Shown: positions 34,370 to 44,737 of the stretch, in pieces
Position numbering within the stretch: position 1 is the first letter of the stretch
Layout: each line of letters begins with the position of its first letter
Position numbers and translations under genes: made by a program
NCBI GenBank assembly: GCA_020060465.1
Contig: JAGVAD010000005.1
Location: forward strand, 46,003-110,002
DNA from: Anaerolineales bacterium
GTDB taxonomy: Bacteria; Chloroflexota; Anaerolineae; Anaerolineales; UBA4823
Direction of reading: 5' to 3'
DNA length: 64,000 nucleotides
The notes under the pieces: generated by a model
The model's database searches: none
What the model saw: only the letters and a program-made list of their open reading frames with translations
What the model was told of the DNA's origin: nothing

Positions 34370-35065
34370 TCAAGACGCGGGCGGGTCATCTTGGGTTGCC
34401 AGGTTCATCACCACAGAAAATACCTGCTCTGCGTCCATCCCATCGGAATTGATGCGGTGAGCATCGCTGGCCGGCCGCAACGGCGCCAGATCGCGCGTTG
34501 AATCGATCTGGTCGCGGCGGCGCACACCAGCCAGGATTTCTTCATAGTCAGCCGCCTCGCCACGGGCAAGCAACTCCTGGTATCGGCGGCGGGCGCGCTC
34601 TTCCGGCGAGGCGTCCAGATAAATTTTTAAGTCGGCGTCCGGCATGACCACTGTGCCAATATCTCGTCCGACCATCACCACGCGCCCGCGCGCGCCAATA
34701 CGGCGTTGTTGAACCGTCATCGCCTGGCGCACGCCTGCATAGGCGGATACCTGTGAAACGTTTGCATCTACCTCTGGTCGGCGCACCTGCCAGGTAATAT
34801 CTTTGCCGTTAAGCAAAATATCGCAGTTGCGCCCATCGGCTTGCGAAGGCGGGCGCAGGTCAATGTCTATGGTTTGCGCCAGGCGGGCGACGCTCTCTTC
34901 ATCATCAATATCCAGCCCGTTTTCTAGCGCCGCCCAGGTGACGGCGCGGTACATGACACCGGTATCGAAGAAGAGATAACCCAAAGCGTCTGCCAGTTTC
35001 TTGCCCAGGGTGGATTTGCCCGAAGCGGCGGGGCCGTCAATGGCAATTGTAAAAGGAAGCGGCAT
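34370..35065 (-). CDS. cmk: cytidylate kinase
   Basis: FTIAIDGPAASGKSTLGKKLA and FDTGVMYRA. The start is at ATG 35065 with AGGAG upstream. The longer tracked ORF overlaps the upstream gene. Confidence 0.9.
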   Translation of the reverse strand: MPLPFTIAIDGPAASGKSTLGKKLADALGYLFFDTGVMYRAVTWAALENGLDIDDEESVARLAQTIDIDLRPPSQADGRNCDILLNGKDITWQVRRPEVDANVSQVSAYAGVRQAMTVQQRRIGARGRVVMVGRDIGTVVMPDADLKIYLDASPEERARRRYQELLARGEAADYEEILAGVRRRDQIDSTRDLAPLRPASDAHRINSDGMDAEQVFSVVMNLATQDDPPAS

Positions 35066-35094
35066 CGCGGCTCCTGAAAGATGCGGCGCGCACA

Positions 35095-36870
35095 TCAATC
35101 CTGCGCCGCGCCGGGAAAGAGGCTGTTGCGCGCCCATAGAATAATGTACTGATTGGTGATCGGCGCTCTGCGGAAGGTCAGCCAGCGGATGAAATCCGGC
35201 GGAATGCCGCCTGACCAGCCCGGCAGCGTCCACCAGACAAAATCTTGGCCGCGATAAGTCTCAGAAACGCCGGGCGTCTCCGCCTCCAGCCGGGTGATCA
35301 GAACATCGGGCAGGTTATCGCGGTCAATGGCGCTGCTGAAACGAGCGTTTGGATAATCGCGCAAGAACCAGCGCAGGGAAGGCGTATCTACCAGAGAAAG
35401 AATATCAATGGAATTTTGCATTCCGGTCGCCCAGTTAGACAGATCTCTCAGCGTGGACTGCGCCAGGCGCGCCTGACCCGTGCCAGGCGGCGCGCCCCAT
35501 AACTCTGCAGGCTGGTTTGGGCGTAACTGCGTCGCTCCCCAAAGCGCGTTGGTGGAGTAAATCAGCAGGGTAACTGCCAGACCCCAAATCAAGCCATCCC
35601 GACTGATCTCCCAACTCCAGCCCAGCGCCACCAGGGTCGAGGTCAAGATGCCCAGCGCAAGGATGCCCGCCAGCACCACCAGCCGCAGGATATTCCACGG
35701 GATCGTAGCCGTGGCGATCAGATCTGGAGCGATCAATGTGTTGTAGAACAACGCAGCCAGGATCATGACCAGACATGCCTGTAAAAACACCATGATATGT
35801 GGCTTTTCTTGCGGCAAATACGCCGCCAACGCCGCCGCGGCAACTGCCCAGATGGGGACGATGCTCCAGATCAGGTCGCTGACCTGGCGTCCTGGATATA
35901 GCAACGTCAGCAACAGGCTTGCCGCAGCCCAGATGAGCAAACCAGGTTGGATGGCGGCGCCTTCGGCGGTGCGCTCGTCTCTGCCTATCTGGTTGATTAC
36001 GCCAATCGTTGCGAAGATGATCGCCAATAGCTCGAAGGTAAAGAGAGCCAGGAGAATGGTCGAAGGACTGATGTTCGAGGGGATCGCCCAGCCCTGGAAA
36101 TAGGCGATCAGGCTGGCAAAAAAACCAGCCAATCCTTGCGGAAAACGTCCCAAACCGGATCCCACCAGCAAAAACGCGCTCAGCCCGGCTACCCAGGCCA
36201 TGCCGACCTCTCGCCGACTGAAAAAGCTCAAAGTTGGCTCAGGATTAGATTGTTCGTGATGGTCTTGTAGCGGATCGGCGGCATGGAGACGCAGCCGCCG
36301 CTGGCGCAGGGCGCCCTCGGCCAGCAAAGCTGCCGCCAAACCGATTGCGCCGGGCAAGATTGCCGGGCCAGAGAGCAAAGCCAGGCTGCCGGTGACGCTA
36401 GCCCATATCGGCTGGCGAGCACGCCATAATCCCAGAGCCAGCAGGCTGAAGCTTAGCGCCAGTATGGGACCGCCTGCCTGGCGGGAGACTGTGGTCAACC
36501 CTGGGTCAAGCGCCAGACCGAAAGCCAGAAGCACAGCAGCGGATCGGCCCAGATCGCGGCGGAAGCAGTAAGGCGCCCAGACCAATAGAGCGCCAGCCAG
36601 AGCAGGCCAAAATCGCGCCAGAAAATCATTCGCTCCCAGGAAAATGAAGGTGAGACCGGTCAGGATGATATAAGCAGGCTGAGCGCCGCTGCCCTGGCTG
36701 GCGGCTGCTATTTCAGGGCGGGCGATCTGCAATGCTTGTAACGCCCAGCCAGCCTCTTGATCGGAGAGCGGAGCCGCCCCCAGGTTGAGCAGGCGCAGAG
36801 ATAACGCCAGCAGGAAGGCCAGGCTGTATAAAACAATTTCTACGGTGAGCTTTTGCGATTTATTCATCAT
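35095..36870 (-). CDS. polytopic membrane protein, GT-C/ArnT-like fold suspected (TIGR03663-like by recollection)
   Basis: About 590 aa with more than 12 predicted TM helices. The N-terminus is LRLLNLGAAPLSDQEAGW. Its ATG overlaps the stop of the upstream DUF2298 gene (ATGATGAATAA), which suggests translational coupling. Confidence 0.5.
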   Translation of the reverse strand: MMNKSQKLTVEIVLYSLAFLLALSLRLLNLGAAPLSDQEAGWALQALQIARPEIAAASQGSGAQPAYIILTGLTFIFLGANDFLARFWPALAGALLVWAPYCFRRDLGRSAAVLLAFGLALDPGLTTVSRQAGGPILALSFSLLALGLWRARQPIWASVTGSLALLSGPAILPGAIGLAAALLAEGALRQRRLRLHAADPLQDHHEQSNPEPTLSFFSRREVGMAWVAGLSAFLLVGSGLGRFPQGLAGFFASLIAYFQGWAIPSNISPSTILLALFTFELLAIIFATIGVINQIGRDERTAEGAAIQPGLLIWAAASLLLTLLYPGRQVSDLIWSIVPIWAVAAAALAAYLPQEKPHIMVFLQACLVMILAALFYNTLIAPDLIATATIPWNILRLVVLAGILALGILTSTLVALGWSWEISRDGLIWGLAVTLLIYSTNALWGATQLRPNQPAELWGAPPGTGQARLAQSTLRDLSNWATGMQNSIDILSLVDTPSLRWFLRDYPNARFSSAIDRDNLPDVLITRLEAETPGVSETYRGQDFVWWTLPGWSGGIPPDFIRWLTFRRAPITNQYIILWARNSLFPGAAQD

Positions 36871-39403
36871 TAAGGCCGGTGTATTCATAAATAACCACAG
36901 TGCCGGAACTGAATACAGGAGGCAAATTGCGAATGAATTTTGTCTCCACCAAACCGTTAGGGCAGGCGTCATCGTTGGCGTTGTATGTGGCGCGCTCTAG
37001 CGTCCCAACGACGACATAACGAATCGAATATTGATCCAGGATGAGGCGCGCTTCCTGCCAATTGCGGGTGCAATAAAGCCTTTCGATGTCGTCTTGTCGG
37101 CTGCCCATGGCTTTACCACTATTCTCGCCGCGCCATTGATTCTGATGACCAATCCAGCCCAGCACCGCGGGATGCCCAGAGAAGGTCGCCATTCTACCAT
37201 ATTCCCGGTAATCGCCGCCTTGATAATCCACTGCTTCAGCCAACACACCCGGCGGCGCAGCTTGCAAGAACTGGATCGCTTTCATTTCATCGGGTGATTG
37301 GCGCGCCAGATAGGCGCTGCTATCCAACGTCCATTGACCGGGGGCAAAACCGTTGGTTTTGCTCCATAAACCGAAAACAGGATAGACCAAACCAGCCGCC
37401 AACAGAGCGGTTATTCCCAGGCTGAACAAAGCGCGCAGACTGCCCCGCAATTCCATAACTAGAATCACTGCGCCGTAAGAGGCGGCGATGCTCCACACCT
37501 GCCAGGCGGTGAAATAGAACTTAAAAATCGTGTTCATGCGCCAGCCGAACAGGTCGCGCAGATAAAAGAATTCCGGCCCAACAACCAGGAGCGTCCCCAT
37601 CAGGATCAGTAAGACGGCAAAAGTTCGCGCCCGAAAGGGGGGCGATGCCTCTTGAGCTGAGGAATTGCGGCGATCGAAAGCGGTGAGCAGACCCAGGCAG
37701 AATGCCAGCAAAACCAACAGGGTGATCCAGCCCCCTGGGGACAGAAAGCGGCGTATCAGGGCGTTGCTAAATAGCTGGGCGCTGTCCTGCGCGGCCAGCG
37801 ATCCGAGGAACGGCGCGCGCGCTTCAGGGATCAGCAGGATGAGCGCGCCCAGGGTCAGCGATAAGAGCCACAACAGCAGCATAAAGCCCCCCGCCAGCCC
37901 CAGGCCTCGCGCCAGCCATTGGCGATCCGTCAGCGATCGGCTAAAGTAGACCAGATAAGCCAGGATTGGCGGCAGAAGCGTTCCGAACATCACCCACAAA
38001 TGAGCGCCGCGCGTGGGGTAGATCAGGTTGGGCAGAACGCCGCCCGCCTGAGACGAGAAGCTGAGATAAAAAGGCAGGTACAGGAGCACGCCGGCTAATC
38101 CCACAAACAGCCCAAACCATAAGAAATCCGCTGTCGCCTGCAAGATGGACTTCTCCCCTTGCAGCACAAAGCTCAGGGCGTAAGCGGAGGCTGCCAGCGT
38201 CAGAAAGAGGGGGAAATCCCAGATATTTAAGAACGCCATCCCGCCCAGCGCAACGGCAGCCAGCAATGCCGCTGCCGGGCTCAAGCGTAAGGGGGCGAAC
38301 TCGCTTCCCCGACTCAATCTCAAGCGCGGCCAGGGCTGTGGACTGCGACTGCCACCGAGCAGGAAGTTCAGGGCAATGGTCATGGCCAGCATGGCGAACG
38401 GCATGGCTAAGACGTGCGGGTGCAGATCGCCTAGCAGGTATGAGAAGAAGGGGAATTCGTCAATGATTTCTCTGGCGTTATTGGCCAGGTCGTAATCCTG
38501 CAAGACGCGCGATGCCCGCCACCACCACCAAAACCGCGTGGGTTGCCAGCTCAAAGGCAATGCCGGGGGTTGATTTAAGTCTTTGATATCCAGCCATTTC
38601 CAAAAGGCAGAGCTCAGCGCGCCAGTTTCATCCGCCGTCCAGAATAACCCGCGCGTATGCAGGCTGTGCAGAAAGCCTTCCAGGTTGCTGACGATCAACA
38701 GAAAGAATGGCGCCAGCAAAGGCGAGAGAATATGGCGCTGTGGTGCAAGATCACCCTCATTCGTCTGTCGGGCGACGGGCACAGAGGCGTTGAGCAAGTT
38801 ATACAACAATCCATAAGCGCCAATCGCGCTGAGCGCAAACACCAGGCTGACACCCAGGTTGAAGGCGATGGCGCCCGGCGTCCCTGAAATCATTGCCAGC
38901 ATAGCAACCAGCACGTAACCAAAGTAATAGTAAGAAATGGCATAACCCGAAAGCCAGGGATCATGCGGCGGAAAGGTGGGCGATTTCAGGATGGCGTTAA
39001 TAAAAGCCAGTTCCATGGGCTTTTCTGTGCCTACCGCCTCCGGGTTAGCCGCTCGCACGAGCGCCCATAGCGCAAAGGCCAACAGGAAGAGCACCTCTAC
39101 GACCAGGATCATGCGCCGCTGCGCTCTCAACCAGGCGAACATCTCTTGCGGGTGAACGCCCAGCAAAGCCCATAGGGTGAGTCCGCCCATCAGCGCGGCG
39201 GCGAAGAGCAACCCCGTCGGCTCGTTGCGCAGAATGCCCAGAGAAGCCAGCAGCCAGAAGAGAAAGCCCCAAAGCAGCAAGCCCAGGGCGCGGCTGACTG
39301 CATAGCCGCGATCCTTCAGCGCGGGGAGCAAGCGATAGGAGATGGGAAACGCCAACCAGCTCAGCCCGGTGACAACCAAATACCAGATCGCCCAATGACT
39401 CAA
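36860..39403 (-). CDS. DUF2298-type 'YYY-motif' polytopic membrane protein
   Basis: 847 aa. It has PPHDPWLSGYAISYYYFGY and a C-terminal soluble domain paralogous to the C-terminus of the 1771-aa neighbour. Confidence 0.6.
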   Translation of the reverse strand: MSHWAIWYLVVTGLSWLAFPISYRLLPALKDRGYAVSRALGLLLWGFLFWLLASLGILRNEPTGLLFAAALMGGLTLWALLGVHPQEMFAWLRAQRRMILVVEVLFLLAFALWALVRAANPEAVGTEKPMELAFINAILKSPTFPPHDPWLSGYAISYYYFGYVLVAMLAMISGTPGAIAFNLGVSLVFALSAIGAYGLLYNLLNASVPVARQTNEGDLAPQRHILSPLLAPFFLLIVSNLEGFLHSLHTRGLFWTADETGALSSAFWKWLDIKDLNQPPALPLSWQPTRFWWWWRASRVLQDYDLANNAREIIDEFPFFSYLLGDLHPHVLAMPFAMLAMTIALNFLLGGSRSPQPWPRLRLSRGSEFAPLRLSPAAALLAAVALGGMAFLNIWDFPLFLTLAASAYALSFVLQGEKSILQATADFLWFGLFVGLAGVLLYLPFYLSFSSQAGGVLPNLIYPTRGAHLWVMFGTLLPPILAYLVYFSRSLTDRQWLARGLGLAGGFMLLLWLLSLTLGALILLIPEARAPFLGSLAAQDSAQLFSNALIRRFLSPGGWITLLVLLAFCLGLLTAFDRRNSSAQEASPPFRARTFAVLLILMGTLLVVGPEFFYLRDLFGWRMNTIFKFYFTAWQVWSIAASYGAVILVMELRGSLRALFSLGITALLAAGLVYPVFGLWSKTNGFAPGQWTLDSSAYLARQSPDEMKAIQFLQAAPPGVLAEAVDYQGGDYREYGRMATFSGHPAVLGWIGHQNQWRGENSGKAMGSRQDDIERLYCTRNWQEARLILDQYSIRYVVVGTLERATYNANDDACPNGLVETKFIRNLPPVFSSGTVVIYEYTGLNDE

Positions 39404-39412
39404 GCGAGCACC

Positions 39413-42400
39413 TCAATCAGCGATGACTTCGTAAATCACGGTGTCGCCATCGCGATAGACTTCTAACCAAAATACGCCGTCGGCGGCTTCAAACTTGTCC
39501 AGCCCAGGGCCAGGATAATGCCCGCGCTCCTGTTGGCCTACGATGATATATCGAACCTGATATTTGCGCAAGAACTCCACAGCCGCGCCCAGGTCGTCGG
39601 TGAGGTAAAACTCATCCACTTCGCGGATGCGGTCGCTGATCCAGGCGGCTGGAATGACCGCCCGCTGCTGCTGCTGATGCCACTCCCAACCCACCACGCC
39701 GGGCAAGCCGGTGTAGATGCTAAAGCGGGAGCCCCAACGGTACAGGTTGCGCAGGTTGGCTTCGACGATCACCGGCGACCCTTTTATATGATCTTGTATC
39801 CAGCGAATGGCGCGATAATCCTGACTCAAATCCATGGGACCCCATTCATCGTTATAGACCGAATAGGGCATGAACGCCATGCCATCCAGGGTGTGCGGGG
39901 CGGCTTTGCTCATGCGGTCATCTATCTTGGCGGTGGTAGCCATGATTGGATATAGGGCTGCTCCGCTCACCAGACCAACCAACAGGATTTGCCAGCCGGC
40001 TCGCCAGGAGGGGCGCCAATCCGGTAGAGCGGGGATCACCCAGCCCAACGCAACAGCCGCGCTGATTGAAAACAGCGTCCACACCTGAAGATAAAACTTG
40101 AACACAGTGTTCATGCGCCCAATGTCGCCGCGCAATACAATAAGCTCGACCATCAAGGTCAGCGTCAGTCCAGTGCCAACCATGAACAAAACAAACCGCT
40201 TGGCGTCTGGCATTTCCGGGCGCAGCAGCAAGACGCCCGCCAGCGCCGCTAACGGCAGCGCCAGCCAGGCGATATATACATTGAACAGGTACAACCCTAA
40301 AACCAACAAGACGCCCAGGATCAGGACAAATTGTATCAGCCAGCGATAAGGCGCCAACCGGCGCAAAGCAGAGAGGGGCGTCTTCGCCAGCCAATCCCGC
40401 GTTTCCCATGCCATCCAGCTCAGGATGGCGAACAGGAACACCCCCCAATGGATAAGGTAAGAATAGGTGGGCGTGTGCGTGCCTTTCCAAAGGTCAATTT
40501 TGGTGTAACCGAGCGCATACCATTGGGCATAAGGCCGGAAAAGCAGCAGGGATAAACCTACTAACAAACCCGCTCCAATGAGCGCTGCCAGCGCGCTCAG
40601 AAAGCCTGGGCTGAGTTGCTCCAGGAAGGCGAACCTTTGCCGCCATGCATCAGGGAGTCGAAAGTAGCGTATCCAGGTGTACAGGACGATCACAATGGCT
40701 AGTGCCAGGTAGGTGGGCATATCCCAGGTGTTGGTGGGGCGCAAGACGCCAATTGCCAGCCCAGCCAGCCCGAACCAGGCGATCCCGCCGCCGATCTGTT
40801 TCCATTGACCTTTGCCTAATAAGAAGGCAACGATCAAACCTAAGGCCAGCAGGGTGAGCGGCAGGGCCAGCAGGTGGGCGTGCAGGTCGGCGTACAAAAC
40901 GGTAAAATAGGGAAATTCTGTGATGGGTTCGACATCTCCCGGCGCGGGGATCGCCCGGCTGGGGATCCAATACCAATCGCCCACGCCGTACGGCAGACGC
41001 GCCCCTTCCAAAACCTGGAAGAACCCTCGAATTGTCCATACCCAGAGAGTGGGCAGAGCCGCCCCCTCGATGTTTCCGCCAGGCGCGGCCACCCGCTGGA
41101 ATCCCTGGTAAAGCATACGCACCGTGCCGAGATTGCCCAGCACAGCCATCCCTAATGCAGCCGCCAGGCCGGGGATATAGGGCGAAATCCTGCCCGCTTC
41201 TACGGGCAAGGTTTTCGAAGCGCGCTGCGCCGCTGCTCCTTGCGCCAGGTTCCAGGCGGCGGAAAATGCGCCCAGGGCGATCAGGCTGAACAGGGTGGGC
41301 AGAATCAGGTTATATGCAATGGATGGAACAATGCCCAGCAGCTTGACCGGGACGCCGACCAGAACAAAGCCGTAATAATAATAGTTGAGATAACCGCCAG
41401 CGTACCAGGGGTCATAGGGCGGAAAGCTGACGCTCTTCAATACCGCGTTAAAGTAAGAAAAATCCATGGGCTTTTCGCCGCCCTTCCAGGGATGCCACAG
41501 ATCCGGGTTGCCCAAGCGTATCAGCAGGAATGCGACGAAAAAGGCCAGGCTCAAGCCTTCAATGCTCAGGAAATATTTTCTTTTCTGGCGCAGTTCAGAA
41601 CGGATTTCACCCCACTGACGACCATAAAGCCAGGCGCTGATGAAAGCCATCCCCAGCAAGACGATCCCGATGGTTAATTTCGTCGCCGGAATGCGAAGCG
41701 AACCGGCCAGCCAAACCAGATAAGACAGGACGAGCATTCCGGCGATGCGCGCCAATGGATAGCCGCGATCCTCCAGCCCAGGCGCAGCCAGGCGCAGCAG
41801 TGGGTAGGCGATCCAGCCCAATAAGGTAATGGTCAGATACCAGATCACCGCTGCCAGAAGAGGGTAACGGTTGTGCAGGGCGTTGACGTTGAACAGCTCG
41901 CTCCATGTGCCGCCCGCCTGCTGTTCTGCCCAACGCTCGTCGGGCAATTGCAGATCGCTGGGGTATGAACCAGCCCGCAGTGGAGCGACACGAATGACTT
42001 TCGACAAATCCACCGACTCTAAAATCGCCCGCGCTTTGGCTGAGTCGTAATCGCCGGTCTTCTGGAAGATAAATACTTTTGGATGGTCGTAAACCGTGAA
42101 AGCTTCTTCCGCAAACTGGTCGTTCAAGCGGATCGGCCCCAGGCGCGGCTCGGAGGTGAATGTCTCGACCAATTCAAACCCGAGGTTGCCCTTGAACATC
42201 CCAGGCTCGGCGATGCGATAGCAGTTCTCCACCGACATCTCGCTGGGGCAACCCAGCAGGTTGCGATAATAGATAGTGGTCATCGGGAAGCGTTCGGGCA
42301 GGCGCGGCAGACTGCCCCATTGACGGCTGGAGCTGATTAAGATGTAATCGGCTTCGTCCAGGATGCGTAGAAAACGCTCGCGCTTTTCGGGGTTTTCATC

Positions 42401-44728
42401 CCAGTACATGTTGAAGTTTAATTCGAGGGGATAGATGCCGCCGAACCCATCGTAGCCGTCCATGCGCAGCGGTAGGCCATCGTCCCATTCGCCTTCATTG
42501 GCGACGCCCAGTCCGTTGAGCGCAATCGCCGTGCCTTGCGGCGGTAGTTCCAGGGTCAGGCGATAGGTTTCGCCGCCATTGACCCGAATGGGCGCACCCA
42601 GGTTTAAGATGATCTCCCCACCTTCGGCGACCTCCTGCAACTGTAGCGAGGAATGGATGATTTCACCGCCCGGCTGCGAGCCGAGAACGGATTCTACAGC
42701 TATGCTCAGGCTCTCCGGGCGAGTCAGCGGGCGTGTATCGGGCGCCCCGCGGATGCGCAACTGGCTCAACTGACCGTTGGTTTGAGGCTGGAATTCGTAT
42801 ACGGGGCGATCTGCGGATGGCGGCTGAACAGGGGCTGCGGGCAAGGTCTGGCTGGTTGAAACGTCCGGTTCGGTTGCCAGCGGAGCGACAGTCACCCAGA
42901 CTTCGGCGCTAAAGCTGGAGGCAGGCGCAGAGCCGCTTTCCGCCACTTCAAGACTCAGGATATAAGATTGATCCGTTTCTAATTGGATAGGTGGATCGAG
43001 CGTCAGGATGATGTTTTTACCGCGTGAATCCTCTGCCGCAGCCAGGTTATCTTGCAAGACCGCCGTCGCCATAGGAGCAGCCGGGGAGGCAACATTTGTC
43101 AGCGCGAGCTTCAAGGTCACAATCTGACTTGCGCCGCTTTCATCTCGCACGCGGGGCAAAAGAACCTGCGCCAGCGCTCCGCTTGCCTTTGGGACAAACG
43201 TGGTTGTGAAGGGCGTCGTCGGCGTGATGCGAAAAGTATAAGGGAAAGGCAATATCTGATTGAAAACGCCATTGCCAGTTTGGATCGGCAAAGTGATCGG
43301 CCCGGGAATATTCTGATAAATCCAGCGAGAGGCGGCGATGCGCGTGATGGGGCGGGTGTAAATGCGCGAGAAGGCATAGGCGTAAGCATACGTGGCGAGC
43401 AAAACCATGCCTGCGAGCAGGATGGACACCGGGCGCGCCCATCGCAGGCGAACCAGTTTGCGCCTGGAGAGAGATTCTGCAACCTCAGTTACCTCCGTTT
43501 CGCCAGGCGCGCTGGATTGGCGAAGATTGAACAAGGCCAGGATCGCCCAGGCGGCAAAGATTGCCAGCGTTGGATAGATTGGCAGTTGATAACGCATGGT
43601 GGGGTTAAGCTGGATGGACTGCCAGGCGAAATACGCCGCCGTCCAGCTCCAGATCAGGCTATGGGCGAGCCATTGCTCTCGCTTCGCTTTCCAAACGGTC
43701 AGCAATCGCCAGCCTACCCATAAGAAACCCGTCCAGGCCAGGGCGCCTAACGGCAAACCCAGGCCCCACACAGTCAGATTCTGGAATGAAAACCAGATTG
43801 GGCGGCGCGCCCATTGCATATTGGGCGGAAAATCGAAATCCGGGCTGGCCTGGGCGCGCTGCGAGCGGATATTCTCCACCCATTGAGGGTTAGGCTTCAG
43901 ACCGAAGAAACCCGGCCCGCTGAAGGCATAGGGTTGCAACAGGCGAAACGTCAGCAAACTGAGGAACGCTGCCAGCGCCAGGTAAGCAAACAAACGCGGC
44001 CATTTGCTCTCACGCTCCTGCGCCGGTGTGCGCGCCAAAACGATGAGCATCGCCGCCGGCAGTGTAAAGGCGACCAGGACGGTGTTGATCTTAGAGGCGA
44101 CGGCCATGCCCAGGGCGACGCCAAAGGCTGTGCTGGGCCATAACAGCGATTCATCCACCCGGCTGCTGACGACTTGCACGGCGAAGTATAGCGCCAGGGT
44201 GGAGAAAAACGTGGTGAAGGTGTCCATGGTGAAGAAGTGCGACTGCTGAATTTGCAATACGGCTGCGGCAGAAAAAGCCATGCCCAGCAGCCCCACCCAT
44301 CTTCCATATAAACGTTTGCCAATCAGGTACACCAGGAAGACTGTCCCCAGGTCGGCCAGTGCAGAGAGCATACGGCCCATGTCGGTCATCTCTTGCCAGC
44401 CGGAGCCGCCATAGACCCATTCGACCAGATAGCGAGCCACAAACATGGGGAACGTGCCATAGACATAAAAGCCGTGCCCGCGGTTATGCGGGTTCAGGCT
44501 GGAATTTGCAGTGTCAAAATACGCCGAAAGACTTTCAACCGGCTGGATGTCTGTGCCTACCCAGACCAGAAAACGCTCATCGGGGTGCAAAAATTGATAT
44601 TCGCCCCAATCCAGTCCGGAAAAGCGAAAAAAGGCGGCTGCGCCTAAGATGAGCAGCACAAGGATGGTTTCAAGGATTGCATCGGTGAAGCGCCTGAACG
44701 GCGAGGAGGACGGTTGAGTGGATGTCAT
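39413..44728 (-). CDS. giant (1771 aa) fusion: GT39/PMT_2-like GT-C membrane domain + extracytoplasmic beta-rich region + DUF2298 'YYY' membrane domain
   Basis: The N-terminus carries FLHPDERFLVW, with a DE motif in the first loop typical of GT-C enzymes. The C-terminal half (from ~aa 1000) parallels the 847-aa protein, including PPYDPWYAGGYLNYYYYGF and the terminal RYIIVGQQERGHY region. Confidence 0.6.
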   Translation of the reverse strand: MTSTQPSSSPFRRFTDAILETILVLLILGAAAFFRFSGLDWGEYQFLHPDERFLVWVGTDIQPVESLSAYFDTANSSLNPHNRGHGFYVYGTFPMFVARYLVEWVYGGSGWQEMTDMGRMLSALADLGTVFLVYLIGKRLYGRWVGLLGMAFSAAAVLQIQQSHFFTMDTFTTFFSTLALYFAVQVVSSRVDESLLWPSTAFGVALGMAVASKINTVLVAFTLPAAMLIVLARTPAQERESKWPRLFAYLALAAFLSLLTFRLLQPYAFSGPGFFGLKPNPQWVENIRSQRAQASPDFDFPPNMQWARRPIWFSFQNLTVWGLGLPLGALAWTGFLWVGWRLLTVWKAKREQWLAHSLIWSWTAAYFAWQSIQLNPTMRYQLPIYPTLAIFAAWAILALFNLRQSSAPGETEVTEVAESLSRRKLVRLRWARPVSILLAGMVLLATYAYAYAFSRIYTRPITRIAASRWIYQNIPGPITLPIQTGNGVFNQILPFPYTFRITPTTPFTTTFVPKASGALAQVLLPRVRDESGASQIVTLKLALTNVASPAAPMATAVLQDNLAAAEDSRGKNIILTLDPPIQLETDQSYILSLEVAESGSAPASSFSAEVWVTVAPLATEPDVSTSQTLPAAPVQPPSADRPVYEFQPQTNGQLSQLRIRGAPDTRPLTRPESLSIAVESVLGSQPGGEIIHSSLQLQEVAEGGEIILNLGAPIRVNGGETYRLTLELPPQGTAIALNGLGVANEGEWDDGLPLRMDGYDGFGGIYPLELNFNMYWDENPEKRERFLRILDEADYILISSSRQWGSLPRLPERFPMTTIYYRNLLGCPSEMSVENCYRIAEPGMFKGNLGFELVETFTSEPRLGPIRLNDQFAEEAFTVYDHPKVFIFQKTGDYDSAKARAILESVDLSKVIRVAPLRAGSYPSDLQLPDERWAEQQAGGTWSELFNVNALHNRYPLLAAVIWYLTITLLGWIAYPLLRLAAPGLEDRGYPLARIAGMLVLSYLVWLAGSLRIPATKLTIGIVLLGMAFISAWLYGRQWGEIRSELRQKRKYFLSIEGLSLAFFVAFLLIRLGNPDLWHPWKGGEKPMDFSYFNAVLKSVSFPPYDPWYAGGYLNYYYYGFVLVGVPVKLLGIVPSIAYNLILPTLFSLIALGAFSAAWNLAQGAAAQRASKTLPVEAGRISPYIPGLAAALGMAVLGNLGTVRMLYQGFQRVAAPGGNIEGAALPTLWVWTIRGFFQVLEGARLPYGVGDWYWIPSRAIPAPGDVEPITEFPYFTVLYADLHAHLLALPLTLLALGLIVAFLLGKGQWKQIGGGIAWFGLAGLAIGVLRPTNTWDMPTYLALAIVIVLYTWIRYFRLPDAWRQRFAFLEQLSPGFLSALAALIGAGLLVGLSLLLFRPYAQWYALGYTKIDLWKGTHTPTYSYLIHWGVFLFAILSWMAWETRDWLAKTPLSALRRLAPYRWLIQFVLILGVLLVLGLYLFNVYIAWLALPLAALAGVLLLRPEMPDAKRFVLFMVGTGLTLTLMVELIVLRGDIGRMNTVFKFYLQVWTLFSISAAVALGWVIPALPDWRPSWRAGWQILLVGLVSGAALYPIMATTAKIDDRMSKAAPHTLDGMAFMPYSVYNDEWGPMDLSQDYRAIRWIQDHIKGSPVIVEANLRNLYRWGSRFSIYTGLPGVVGWEWHQQQQRAVIPAAWISDRIREVDEFYLTDDLGAAVEFLRKYQVRYIIVGQQERGHYPGPGLDKFEAADGVFWLEVYRDGDTVIYEVIAD

Positions 44729-44737
44729 AAGAGCGAT

